Below, one piece after another: positions 23,742-33,029 of a DNA stretch of 33,776 nucleotides. Position 1 is the stretch's first letter. Each line of letters begins with the position of its first letter. The position numbers and the translations under genes are program-made. The stretch comes from a candidate division WOR-3 bacterium (GTDB taxonomy: Bacteria; Hydrothermota; Tepidihabitantia; SM23-42): positions 1 through 33,776 of the forward strand of contig JBBIHN010000001.1 in the NCBI GenBank assembly GCA_037446995.1, read 5' to 3'. The notes beneath the pieces were generated by a model. That model ran no database searches. It saw only the letters and a list, made by a program, of their open reading frames with translations, and was not told where the DNA came from.

Positions 23742-23765
23742 TGTCCAATGTCCAGATTTGACCCC
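23742..23765 (-). repeat. 24-bp repeat, copy C (inverted)
   Basis: TGTCCAATGTCCAGATTTGACCCC is the exact reverse complement of copy B. It ends 1 nt before the comM stop codon. Confidence 0.9.
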
Positions 23766-23766
23766 A

Positions 23767-25308
23767 TCACAGGCGTTGCCAGATATTCTTGTCGAGCGAG
23801 CGGTACTGTATCGCCTCGGCGACATGCTGGACCCGGATATTTTCCAGTCCTTCCAGATCGGCGATCGTGCGGCTCACCTTGAGCACTTTATCATAGGCCC
23901 GCGCCGACAGGCCGAAGCGCTCGATCGCGGTCTTAAGCAGGGATTGCGACCCTTCATCGATAAGGCAGTGTTTCCTTATATCCCTGGAACCAAGATGGGC
24001 ATTGCAGTATATTCGTTTTTTTCCATCAGCATAACGTTTGAGCTGAGTATCGCGTGCTCGATTGACGCGCTCGCGAATCGCGGTTGACAGCTCGCTCGAC
24101 TGCGTTGATTTCAATTCATCATATTTCAATGATGGTACCTCAATATGAATATCGATGCGGTCGAGCAATGGCCCGGATATCTTGGCGTGATATCTTTGAA
24201 TCGCTGTGGGCGTGCACCGGCATTCATGATACGGATCAGTGAAATACCCGCACGGGCACGGGTTAAGCGCCGCGGCGAGCATAAAACGTGCCGGATAGGT
24301 AAGCGTCACTTTTGCCCGGCCGATCGTGACAAAACCGTCCTCAAGCGGCTGTCGCAATACCTCGATCACGTTCTTATGGAACTCGGGTAATTCATCAAGA
24401 AAGAGAACGCCGTTATGGGCAAGCGATACCTCGCCCGGTCTGGGCACATGACCGCCGCCGATTATACCGGCATCAGATATCGTATGATGGGGCGCCCTAA
24501 AGGGACGGGTGCCGAGGATTGAATTATTGCCCAGAATGCCGGCAACCGAATGGATCTTGGTCGTTTCCAGGGATTCATCGAGACTGAGGTTCGGCAATAT
24601 CGTAACCAGACGCCGCGCCAGCATGGTCTTGCCCGTTCCGGGCGGGCCGATCATCAGGATGTTATGACCGCCCGCGGCCGCGATCTCGAGCGCGCGTTTG
24701 GCGTGATGCTGTCCCTTGACTTCGGTGAAATCAACCAGATAATGGGATGCCGTTGCGAAGATCGCGTCACGGTCGATCACGGTCGGCTGAATATCGCTCT
24801 CCCCGTTCAAAAACGCCACGACTTCGATCAAATTATCAAACCCATAAACATCGATCCCGTCTACGATCGCGGCTTCACACGCATTGACCCGCGGTAACAT
24901 AACCCCACTCAATCCATTACTCTTGGCCGCGATCGCGATCGATATCGCTCCCTTGATCGGCCGCAGCGAACCGTCCAATGACAATTCGCCAAGAAGCGCA
25001 AACCGACTCATCTGGGCGCTGCGCACGCTTCCGGACGCGGCCAGTATCCCGATCGCGATCGGCAGATCAAAACTCGAGCCTTCCTTTTTTATGTCGGCGG
25101 GCGCCAGGTTAACCGTGATCTTATGCGACGGAAAATGAAATCCGGCGTTCTTGATCGCCGCGTAAACCCGGTCCTTTGATTCCTTAACCGCGTTGTCCGG
25201 AAGTCCGACCGTGGTAAACGCCGGCAAACCGCCGGCAAGATCCACTTCAACATCGACCAGATAGCCTTCGATACCGAAAGTGGCGCAGGATAGTATTCTT
25301 GCGAGCAT
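23767..25308 (-). CDS. comM: YifB/ComM family Mg-chelatase-like AAA+ ATPase
   Basis: MLARILSCATFGIEGYLVDVEVDL is the typical N-terminus. Walker A is GPPGTGKTM and Walker B is VLFLDELPEF. The C-terminal domain reads SARAYDKVLKVSRTIADLEG. The ATG at 25308 has GGAGG 9 nt upstream; the track's extension to 25335 is unlikely. Confidence 0.93.
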   Translation of the reverse strand: MLARILSCATFGIEGYLVDVEVDLAGGLPAFTTVGLPDNAVKESKDRVYAAIKNAGFHFPSHKITVNLAPADIKKEGSSFDLPIAIGILAASGSVRSAQMSRFALLGELSLDGSLRPIKGAISIAIAAKSNGLSGVMLPRVNACEAAIVDGIDVYGFDNLIEVVAFLNGESDIQPTVIDRDAIFATASHYLVDFTEVKGQHHAKRALEIAAAGGHNILMIGPPGTGKTMLARRLVTILPNLSLDESLETTKIHSVAGILGNNSILGTRPFRAPHHTISDAGIIGGGHVPRPGEVSLAHNGVLFLDELPEFHKNVIEVLRQPLEDGFVTIGRAKVTLTYPARFMLAAALNPCPCGYFTDPYHECRCTPTAIQRYHAKISGPLLDRIDIHIEVPSLKYDELKSTQSSELSTAIRERVNRARDTQLKRYADGKKRIYCNAHLGSRDIRKHCLIDEGSQSLLKTAIERFGLSARAYDKVLKVSRTIADLEGLENIRVQHVAEAIQYRSLDKNIWQRL

Positions 25309-25398
25309 TGTACAAACCTCCTTCGGATCATGCACTGACCCCGAATGATTATATCGATTATATCCGGCGGGTCAAGGGCATTTGTATCATCGCGAGTA

Positions 25399-25427
25399 TT
25401 GACAACTTCAATGAACGACGGTAAGAT
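25399..25427 (+). promoter_or_regulatory. Possible sigma-70 promoter for the antiporter gene
   Basis: TTGACA (25399-25404), a 17-nt spacer, then TAAGAT (25422-25427). Confidence 0.3.
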
Positions 25428-25480
25428 TGCCGGAAATGATGACAACCGTGCCCTGAGGCATGAGGGTAAGGATGGTCTAA

Positions 25481-27019
25481 ATGCTGTCAATTGAACTCCT
25501 CCTTCTGGTCTGTTCGGTTTTGATAGTGCTGTGCATAGTTGTATTCAAGTTCTTTGACTATCTCGGCATACCAGTGCTTCTTCTATTTTTGGGCATTGGC
25601 ATACTCGCCGGTTCCGAAGGAATCGGTGGCATCTATTTCTATGATACTGGATTGGCGCAGTCAATTGGTGTCGTTGCCTTGATTTTCATACTGTTTGCCG
25701 GCGGCCTCGATACGAATTGGACCATGGTGCGTCCGATATTCAAGCACGCAGCCGTTCTTTCGACGCTCGGCGTTCTTCTGACGGCAATACTTACCGGCGT
25801 TGCGGCATCATATATACTGAAAATTCCCACGATTTACGGACTTTTGTTCGGCGCAATCATCTCCTCAACCGATGCCTCGGCGGTTTTTTCAATACTCCGT
25901 TCAAGGTACATCAATTTAAAAGGTTCATTGAAACCAATCCTTGAGATGGAATCCGGAAGCAACGACCCGATGGCGGTTTTTCTCACAATCACCATAATCC
26001 AGCTAATTACATTGCAGCTTAAAGGAGTCGTACCGATTTTTGGTTCATTCGCGCTTCAGATGGGTCTGGGCACGCTGATCGGCCTTCTATGTGGAAAAGG
26101 AATCGTCTTCGTGTTGAATCGGCTCCAGTTTTCCTATGAAGGGCTCTATCCGGTATTTTGTCTGGCCTCAGCATTTCTTATATACAGTGTTACCTATATT
26201 TTGAAAGGCAGCGGATTTCTCGCCGTCTACATTGCCGGCATAATAGTCGGCAATTCGTATATTGTGAAGAAAAAAAGTCTGCTCAGATTCTTTGACGGAC
26301 TTGCCTGGCTCAGCCAGATAGCGATGTTTCTCACCCTGGGTTTGCTCGTTTTCCCGTCCCATCTCGTGCCCGTCATGGGAGCGGGATTGCTGCTATCGAT
26401 TTTATTGATGTTCGTTACGCGGCCAATAAGCGTTTTCCTATCACTGCTGTTCACTAAATATGACTATCGGCAGCGAATATTCATCGCCTGGGTGGGCCTC
26501 CGCGGCGCGGTCCCGATAATCCTGGCAACTTTTCCGTTGCTTGCCAACGTGTCGCATGCCGAACTCATTTTTAACATCGTTTTTTTCACGGTATTGACTT
26601 CAGCATTGCTCCAGGGTTGGTCAATTCCGGTCGTCGCCAAATTTCTCAAGGTCAGCGCACCTTTGGAGAACAAACTTTCTTACCCGATTGAATTCGAACC
26701 CCTGCCCGGCGTGGACGCCGAACTCATAGAATTCATTATACCTTTTGAATCTCAGGTAGCTGGCAGATCGATCGTCGAAATCGGTTTCCCGTCAGATTGT
26801 CTTGTTATTCTAATCGCCCGCGGCGATCATTATATTGTACCGAGCGGCGGCACATTATTGGAAGCCGGCGATGCTTTGCTGTTTTTGGCAAACAAAAATA
26901 ACTTCAAACCGATAAATGATCTTCTATTGAAATGGGAAGGGGACAACGAAACCACTGAGATCAAGAACAATCAGACCGGAAAACTGAACCGCAATAAACC
27001 GGGCGTACGCTTCGTCTAA
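25481..27019 (+). CDS. nhaP2: K+/H+ (CPA1, NhaP2/CvrA-type) antiporter with a C-terminal TrkA-C domain
   Basis: 512 aa. About 12 hydrophobic helices, with LAGSEGIGGI ... ISSTDASAVFSIL ... ESGSNDPMAVFLT. A soluble C-terminal domain follows (AGRSIVEIGFPSDCLVILIARGDHYIVPSGGTLLEAGDALLFL). Confidence 0.9.
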   Translation: MLSIELLLLVCSVLIVLCIVVFKFFDYLGIPVLLLFLGIGILAGSEGIGGIYFYDTGLAQSIGVVALIFILFAGGLDTNWTMVRPIFKHAAVLSTLGVLLTAILTGVAASYILKIPTIYGLLFGAIISSTDASAVFSILRSRYINLKGSLKPILEMESGSNDPMAVFLTITIIQLITLQLKGVVPIFGSFALQMGLGTLIGLLCGKGIVFVLNRLQFSYEGLYPVFCLASAFLIYSVTYILKGSGFLAVYIAGIIVGNSYIVKKKSLLRFFDGLAWLSQIAMFLTLGLLVFPSHLVPVMGAGLLLSILLMFVTRPISVFLSLLFTKYDYRQRIFIAWVGLRGAVPIILATFPLLANVSHAELIFNIVFFTVLTSALLQGWSIPVVAKFLKVSAPLENKLSYPIEFEPLPGVDAELIEFIIPFESQVAGRSIVEIGFPSDCLVILIARGDHYIVPSGGTLLEAGDALLFLANKNNFKPINDLLLKWEGDNETTEIKNNQTGKLNRNKPGVRFV

Positions 27020-27046
27020 ACAGGTAGATATGATCAAAACTACGAA

Positions 27047-29503
27047 ATGAAGGTCATACATATGTTTAGACGCATACTCCCATTCACCGGCTCTTCTGCG
27101 TTAGCTCTCTTGATCGGGCTGCCGGCGATCATCTTTGCCCAGCAAAGCGCGCCGGCCTTCAATGGCATCATAACCGGTCGCGTTGTCTATTCTGAACAAA
27201 ACATTCCGATCGAATATGCGAATATCCTTCTATACTCGCAAAACGACAATGAACAATTATCCGGGACGATAACTGATGCCCGGGGGCATTTCCGGCTGGA
27301 CCGCATACGCCCCGGCATATACTATATCGAGATTTCCTTCATGGGTTTTAGGCCCAAGCAAATCAAGGACATACAGATCGATCTTGCCGCGCCCGAAACC
27401 GCAATCGGCAACATTATGTTGGAAATAACCGTGCTTGATGTCGAAGGAGTAAGCGCGGTTGCCGAACGCCCGGCGCTGGAATATCTTATCGATAAGAAGG
27501 TCATCAATGTCGGTAAACAGATGACCGCGGTCTCCGGCACCGCGGTCGATGTTCTGGAAAACGTTCCCTCGGTGAGTGTCGACATTGAAGGCAATGTCAG
27601 CCTGCGCGGCAGCGGCAATTTCACCGTGCTGATCGATAATCGACCAACGATTCTGGAACCGAGCGACGTTCTACAGCAGATACCGGCGAGCACGATCGAA
27701 ACCATCGAGATTATCACAAACCCGTCGGCCAAATACGACCCGGATGGTATGTCGGGTATCATCAACATCATTCTGAAAAAGAAAAGTCTACAGGGCATAA
27801 GCGGCGTGGCTAATTCGAATATCGGGATCAACGATAAGTACGGCGGCGATTTCCTGATAAACTACCGCCGTTCTTTTTATAATACCTATCTGGCAGTCAA
27901 CTACAACAACTGGTCTTATGTCGGCGAGCGGGAGTCGGAAAACCGCACCTACCGCGGGGATACTACTTTCTACGTTTTGTCGCGCGGCGAATCTATTTTC
28001 AAACGAAATCCCTATGGAGTCCGAGCCGGGATTGATCTTAGTCTCGGAGCCAGAGACAAAATCAGTCTCGGCGGCCAGTACAACAAACGATCCATGAACC
28101 GAAGCAACCTTGCCGATCACGAGCAGTGGGCCGATCCTGATGGCGCGCCGAATATCTGTCTGAGCCAGAACCATAATCAGCACTCACACAGTTTTTATTC
28201 CATGACAGTTGATTATGTTCATCAATTCCTGCCCAGGAATCATGATTTCACCGGGCAGTTGAATATCGATCAAAGACAAAGCACCCAGACATCGTCCTAT
28301 GCGGTTCTGGATACAGCTAACGGCATGATCAGCGGTCAGCGCAGCGTTGAAAAGGGACCGGGCACGAGACTACGGCTGAAAGCGGATTACACTCTGCCTT
28401 TGGATGATCACGGCAAAATCGAGGCCGGTTTTCAGAGCCGCAGCAATCGATCCCACGAAGAAAACGAGCTGTACGAATACGACACAATATCCGGTGCCTA
28501 CGTTCTTAAACCTGAATTCAGCCATGCCGCTTCGCTCAACCGCGCCATTCATTCGTTGTACAGCGTGTACTCCAACCGGTCCGGAAAAATCGGTTATCAG
28601 ATCGGACTGCGCGGCGAATACGAATACCGTAAAATCGAGCTGATCGGCAAAAACCGTTTTTATTCTATGAATCGGTGGGATTATTTTCCTACCGCTCATG
28701 TTTCGCATCAATTCCCGGGCGGGCATCAGTTGATGGCGAGTTACGCGCGCCGTATCGAACGCAGCCGTTGGTGGTGGCTGGAGCCTTTCCTTACCTGGTC
28801 CGACGCCAACAATGTTCACCGGGGGAATCCCGATCTCAAACCGGAATACGTTGATTCATACGAGTTGGGTTTTCAGACCCTGTTTGGCAAGAGTTCGTTT
28901 TCCGCGGAATTGTATCACCGTATCACGCGCGACAAGGTAGAGCAAACCCGTTCGGTCTACGTCGACAACATAATCCTGCACACGGTCGAAAATATCGGCA
29001 CAGATTATTCAACCGGCATTGAACTGATGTTCGATATGAAAACCCTCAAATGGTGGCAGCCGAATCTCATGGTCAACTTGTACGATTACCGGATCGCCGG
29101 CGAACTCTATGGAGAATCCATATCGCGGCAGGATTTCAACTGGAGTGCCCGGATCAATAACGAGTTACAGATACTTCCGGCCACCAGATTGCAGATCAGT
29201 GGACGGTACAATAGCCCCACGATAACCGCCCAGGGCGAGCGTAACGGTTTCTTCACTGCTGATGCCGCAATTAAGCAGGAGTTTTTGAACCGCAGGCTTT
29301 CGGTAACTCTACAGGCGCGGGAATTGCTGAGTTCTTCAGCGCATGAGAACGTAGCGGAAAGCAGTACTTTCTACTCCCGCAGCAGCTTCACGCGCGAGTC
29401 GCCGGTATTCATGCTCAATATCAGCTTTAACTTCAACAATTACAAACCAGAACGCCGACGCGACGATAATCAGATAGATGTTGAAAGCATCGAAGAATAT
29501 TAA
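27047..29503 (+). CDS. TonB-dependent-receptor-like outer-membrane beta-barrel protein with an N-terminal carboxypeptidase-regulatory-like domain
   Basis: 818 aa. The signal peptide is ...ALALLIGLPAIIFAQQ. The CarbopepD_reg-like domain is ITGRVVYSEQNIPIEYANILLY...GHFRLDRIRPGIYYIEISFMGF. A plug-like segment (ENVPSVSVDIEGNVSLRGS) and a long barrel rich in aromatic-x-aromatic strands follow. Confidence 0.85.
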   Translation: MKVIHMFRRILPFTGSSALALLIGLPAIIFAQQSAPAFNGIITGRVVYSEQNIPIEYANILLYSQNDNEQLSGTITDARGHFRLDRIRPGIYYIEISFMGFRPKQIKDIQIDLAAPETAIGNIMLEITVLDVEGVSAVAERPALEYLIDKKVINVGKQMTAVSGTAVDVLENVPSVSVDIEGNVSLRGSGNFTVLIDNRPTILEPSDVLQQIPASTIETIEIITNPSAKYDPDGMSGIINIILKKKSLQGISGVANSNIGINDKYGGDFLINYRRSFYNTYLAVNYNNWSYVGERESENRTYRGDTTFYVLSRGESIFKRNPYGVRAGIDLSLGARDKISLGGQYNKRSMNRSNLADHEQWADPDGAPNICLSQNHNQHSHSFYSMTVDYVHQFLPRNHDFTGQLNIDQRQSTQTSSYAVLDTANGMISGQRSVEKGPGTRLRLKADYTLPLDDHGKIEAGFQSRSNRSHEENELYEYDTISGAYVLKPEFSHAASLNRAIHSLYSVYSNRSGKIGYQIGLRGEYEYRKIELIGKNRFYSMNRWDYFPTAHVSHQFPGGHQLMASYARRIERSRWWWLEPFLTWSDANNVHRGNPDLKPEYVDSYELGFQTLFGKSSFSAELYHRITRDKVEQTRSVYVDNIILHTVENIGTDYSTGIELMFDMKTLKWWQPNLMVNLYDYRIAGELYGESISRQDFNWSARINNELQILPATRLQISGRYNSPTITAQGERNGFFTADAAIKQEFLNRRLSVTLQARELLSSSAHENVAESSTFYSRSSFTRESPVFMLNISFNFNNYKPERRRDDNQIDVESIEEY

Positions 29504-29553
29504 GCAATAGCGCACCCTGCTCCCGTCCAACCGAGGCGATCACCAAGTTTTTC

Positions 29554-29581
29554 TTGACTAATCGGCAGAAAAGACTATAAT
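29554..29581 (+). promoter_or_regulatory. Sigma-70-type promoter for the small lipoprotein gene
   Basis: TTGACT (29554-29559), a 16-nt spacer, then TATAAT (29576-29581). GAGGAGG at 29596-29602 precedes the ATG at 29607. Confidence 0.45.
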
Positions 29582-29606
29582 TCCCCCACGGGTTAGAGGA
29601 GGAAAG

Positions 29607-30014
29607 ATGATGAAGTGTTGCCTTATTTCTTTTGTCGCGCTGTTGATCGGCTGTACGCAGGATCCGATACTCGGACAATGGGAAAGATTCGGCGACGACG
29701 CCGAAGGATCAGTGGTTTTAGTCCAGCCAGCCGGCGGCAGATTCGACGGTAAGCTGATCCGGGTGACCGGGATCCTCAAAGATCTTGGTTTTTATGCAGA
29801 CGACATCAAATGGCGGGATGTTCTCGCGGTCGGTCCGAATCGCTGGCGCGGTAAGGACCTGATCAAAATCGTGGACGTTCACGGCATCATCAAGGAAGTG
29901 GAGTATAAGGACGTCTATTTCACCCTAATGGGTGACGGAACATTGATAATAAGAAAATTCGCCCGCGAAGAAGAGATCGTTGGCACTGAACAGAAATGGC
30001 GTAAAATACATTAA
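29607..30014 (+). CDS. Small lipoprotein of unknown function
   Basis: 135 aa. MMKCCLISFVALLIGCTQDP is a signal peptide with a lipobox (LIGC). It has its own promoter and Shine-Dalgarno. Confidence 0.7.
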   Translation: MMKCCLISFVALLIGCTQDPILGQWERFGDDAEGSVVLVQPAGGRFDGKLIRVTGILKDLGFYADDIKWRDVLAVGPNRWRGKDLIKIVDVHGIIKEVEYKDVYFTLMGDGTLIIRKFAREEEIVGTEQKWRKIH

Positions 30015-30041
30015 GCCGTAATCTGCAGGCCGTATACCGCG

Positions 30042-30061
30042 TAATGAATCTGTATTCATTA
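30042..30061. terminator. Weak AT-rich hairpin between convergent genes (possible bidirectional terminator)
   Basis: TAATGAAT, loop CTGT, then ATTCATTA: an 8-bp stem. No clear U-tract follows. Confidence 0.2.
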
Positions 30062-30129
30062 TTCACCAACTGGAAATAGCCGGGTGTTTTGTTGTTTTTA
30101 ATCAGGGATCTTGAATCCGGTATCGGTTT

Positions 30130-30708
30130 CTACTTTCCTTTGATCAACGAGAAAGCCTCGGCACGCGTCGGCGCCGATCTCATCGCGCCCCGTATTGCCG
30201 AGGTTACGGTCATGGTGCCGGGTTTTTTCACGCCGATCATTGAAAGACAAAGATGCTCGGCTTCGATCACGACAAGAACGCCAAGCGGTTTCAAATACTT
30301 CATGAAAAAATCGGCGATCTCATGGGTCAGCCGCTCCTGGACAAGCGGTCTTTTCGCCATTACATCGAGCACGCGCACCATACTTGAAAAACCGGTGATG
30401 CAGTTGTTCTTAGGTATATACACGATGTGGGCTTTACCGAAAAAAGGCAGTAAATGGTGCTCACAAACCGAATAGAACGGTATGTCTTTTATGATTATCA
30501 TCTCATCTTCATTCTTTGCCCGATATGTCTTGAGTTCGCGCCGGGGATCACGGTTGACACCGGCAAAGATCTCTTCATACATCCGGGCAATGCGGCGGGG
30601 AGTGTCTTTCAGTCCATCCCGGCTCGGATTTTCCCCGATCGCCTCGATGATTGTTCGGATCGCCTTTTCAACTCTTTTTTTGTCTATTTTTTCCGGTGGT
30701 TTTTCCAT
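30130..30708 (-). CDS. folE: GTP cyclohydrolase I
   Basis: 192 aa with DTPRRIARMYEEIF ... IPFYSVCEHHLLPFFGKAHIVYIP ... VVIEAEHLCLSMIGVKKPG. Confidence 0.95.
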   Translation of the reverse strand: MEKPPEKIDKKRVEKAIRTIIEAIGENPSRDGLKDTPRRIARMYEEIFAGVNRDPRRELKTYRAKNEDEMIIIKDIPFYSVCEHHLLPFFGKAHIVYIPKNNCITGFSSMVRVLDVMAKRPLVQERLTHEIADFFMKYLKPLGVLVVIEAEHLCLSMIGVKKPGTMTVTSAIRGAMRSAPTRAEAFSLIKGK

Positions 30709-32533
30709 TGTCCCTCAAGATCAGATCAATTTCATCGCCGCTCAAGATCTCCTTTTCAAGCAGTTTCTGCGCCAGGGCTTTGAGCTTGTTCATGTCTTTA
30801 TTGATTATCGCTTCGGCTTTGGCCGCGGCTTCGTCGACAATTCTCTTTATCTCGTCATCGATATCCCGGGCCGTGTTTTCCGAGTAATCGCGATGCATAC
30901 CGATCTCCCGGCCCAGGAATATTTCTTCCTGCTTTTCGCCGTACGTAAGAGGACCCAGTTTTTCGCTCATTCCCCATTCACACACCATTTTTCGGGCAAG
31001 TTTGGTTGCTTTTTCAATATCATTACCCGCACCGGTCGACAGGTCGCCGAGCACGAGTTTTTCGGCTGCCCGGCCGCCGAGCATAAAAGCAAGCTGGTTG
31101 AAACAGTACGTTCTTGAATAAGTCCGGCGTTCATCGATCGGCAGGGCCTGAGTCAAACCCAATGCCATGCCGCGCGGGATTATCGTCACCTTGTGTATTG
31201 GATCCATTCCCGGCAGGATCCTGGCGACCAAAACATGACCGCATTCGTGATAGGCCGTAAGCTTCTTTTCGTCATCCGATATCAGCAAACTCTTCCGTTC
31301 CACTCCCATCAATATTTTATCCTTTGACTCCTCGAATTCGGTCATCGAAATCTTCAGCTTATTGTTACGGGCCGCCAGCAATGCGGCTTCATTAACCAGA
31401 TTCGAAAGATCGGCACCGGAAAAACCAGGCGTGCCACGCGCCAATACTTCAAGATTGACGCTACTGTCCAGCGGTTTCTTTCGAGTATGCACTTTCATGA
31501 TCCCCAGACGACCGCGCACATCCGGCCGGTCGAGCACGACCACGCGGTCGAATCGACCGGGCCTGAGCAAAGCCGGATCCAGAATATCCGGTCGGTTGGT
31601 CGCGGCCATCAGAATTATGCCTTCATTGGTTTCAAATCCATCCATTTCAACCAGCAGCTGGTTGAGTGTTTGTTCTCGTTCATCATGCCCGCCGCCCAAG
31701 CCGGCGCCGCGCAGCCGGCCGACGGCATCGATCTCGTCGATAAAAATAATGCAGGGCGAGTTGCGCTTGGCTTGATCAAAAAGATCCCGAACCCGCGAAG
31801 CACCGACCCCAACGAACATCTCGACGAAATTCGACCCGCTTATCGAAATAAACGGTACTTTTGCCTCACCGGCGACCGCCCGTGCCATCAGGGTTTTACC
31901 CGTACCGGGCGGTCCGAGCAGCAGCACGCCCTTAGGTATGCGCCCGCCCAACCTCGTGAACTTACGCGGATCGCGCAAGAACTCGATAACCTCCTCTAAT
32001 TCCCGTTTGGCTTCCTCGACACCGGCGACGTCATTAAAGGTCGCCGAAGGTTTGTTCTCAAGTATCACTTTTGCCCGGCTGCGCCCAAAACCCAGGGCAC
32101 GGTTCTGACCGGACTGCATCTGCCGGATGAAAAAAATCCAAACACCGATCAATAATAGCCAGGGAATAACATTGAGCACGATACTGCCCCAGCTTGAGCG
32201 CTGTTTGGCAACAACCTTAACGTCGAACTTAACCAGTTCATTGGCAAGATCAGGGTCTTCAAACGGCATCAAGGTAGTAAAATCAGTAAAATTCTGCTTG
32301 TCTTCGAATGAGATCGAAGTTTTGAATCTACCCCGTATTGACCGGTCGGTCAGCGTCGCTTCGCTGACATTCTTGCCCCTTAACTCACGCAGGAACAGCG
32401 AATACGGTATTTCAACTGATCTCGGGCCGCGGTTGATCAACTGCAGAGCGATTATCACCGCTATTAGTATTGCGGTCCAGACCATGACGGTCTGCAGGGC
32501 GCGGCGGCGCTGAGGTTCCTTACCTACCATCAT
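30668..32533 (-). CDS. ftsH: ATP-dependent zinc metalloprotease FtsH
   Basis: 621 aa. It has two TM segments, Walker [10 protein letters not shown] and Walker [10 protein letters not shown], the SRH region [20 protein letters not shown], and the zinc motif HECGHVL. Confidence 0.96.
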   Translation of the reverse strand: MMVGKEPQRRRALQTVMVWTAILIAVIIALQLINRGPRSVEIPYSLFLRELRGKNVSEATLTDRSIRGRFKTSISFEDKQNFTDFTTLMPFEDPDLANELVKFDVKVVAKQRSSWGSIVLNVIPWLLLIGVWIFFIRQMQSGQNRALGFGRSRAKVILENKPSATFNDVAGVEEAKRELEEVIEFLRDPRKFTRLGGRIPKGVLLLGPPGTGKTLMARAVAGEAKVPFISISGSNFVEMFVGVGASRVRDLFDQAKRNSPCIIFIDEIDAVGRLRGAGLGGGHDEREQTLNQLLVEMDGFETNEGIILMAATNRPDILDPALLRPGRFDRVVVLDRPDVRGRLGIMKVHTRKKPLDSSVNLEVLARGTPGFSGADLSNLVNEAALLAARNNKLKISMTEFEESKDKILMGVERKSLLISDDEKKLTAYHECGHVLVARILPGMDPIHKVTIIPRGMALGLTQALPIDERRTYSRTYCFNQLAFMLGGRAAEKLVLGDLSTGAGNDIEKATKLARKMVCEWGMSEKLGPLTYGEKQEEIFLGREIGMHRDYSENTARDIDDEIKRIVDEAAAKAEAIINKDMNKLKALAQKLLEKEILSGDEIDLILRDNGKTTGKNRQKKS

Positions 32534-33029
32534 ATACTCCTATATAGGGAAGGTTCCGGTAATGATTATTATGATCAAGCCCATATCCGACCGCGTATAC
32601 GGTCGGGATATTGAAACCGACATAGGTCAGCGGAACGTCGACGACCCGGTCGTCCTTCTTATTCAGCAATGTGCAAATCGCAATGCTGCGCGGATGTCTG
32701 GTCTTCAAATTCTCGACAATATAACTCAATGTCCTTCCCGAATCAACAATATCCTCGACAACAATAACATCGCGGCTCTCGATATTGAGCGCCAGATCCT
32801 GGACGATCCGGACCGCGCCGCTTGAGACTTTGCCGTTGTAACTCGATATCGCCAGGAAATCGATCTCGACCGGAATCTTGATCGACCGCAGTAAATCGGA
32901 CAGGAACACAAACGCGCCCTTTAATATGCCGACCAACACCGGATTCTTGTTCGCATAATCATGGTTGATCTGCGCACCCATCTTCTTGACCTTTTCTTTT
33001 ATTGTATTCTCCTCAATCAGTATATTCAA
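32520..33029 (-). CDS. hpt: Hypoxanthine phosphoribosyltransferase
   Basis: 169 aa. The PRPP-binding motif is VIVVEDIVDSGRTL. It lies in the conserved tilS-hpt-ftsH order. Confidence 0.95.
   Translation of the reverse strand: MNILIEENTIKEKVKKMGAQINHDYANKNPVLVGILKGAFVFLSDLLRSIKIPVEIDFLAISSYNGKVSSGAVRIVQDLALNIESRDVIVVEDIVDSGRTLSYIVENLKTRHPRSIAICTLLNKKDDRVVDVPLTYVGFNIPTVYAVGYGLDHNNHYRNLPYIGVYDGR

Larger units (their letters stand above)
22725..23765 (-). mobile_element. REPtron-like unit: HUH/Y1 transposase-like gene bracketed by perfect 24-bp inverted repeats
   Basis: Copy B (22725-22748) and copy C (23742-23765) are exact reverse complements and enclose only the single gene. Confidence 0.6.

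Noticed and set aside
18733-25335. N-terminal extensions suggested by the ORF track: ftcD to 18816, the Y1 transposase-like gene to 23748, and comM to 25335.
   Set aside because: Family-typical N-termini begin at internal ATGs (MEKLVECIPNF at 18732, MARPLRIQF at 23727, MLARILSCATFG at 25308). Two of these have SD-like sequences. The extensions lie in the upstream gene or inside the 24-bp repeat.
30089-32513. Plus-strand ORFs opposite folE and ftsH (30089..30475, 30454..30783, 30482..31117, 31362..31775, 31487..31999, 32127..32513).
   Set aside because: They are shadow ORFs of two highly conserved genes and their translations are low-complexity.
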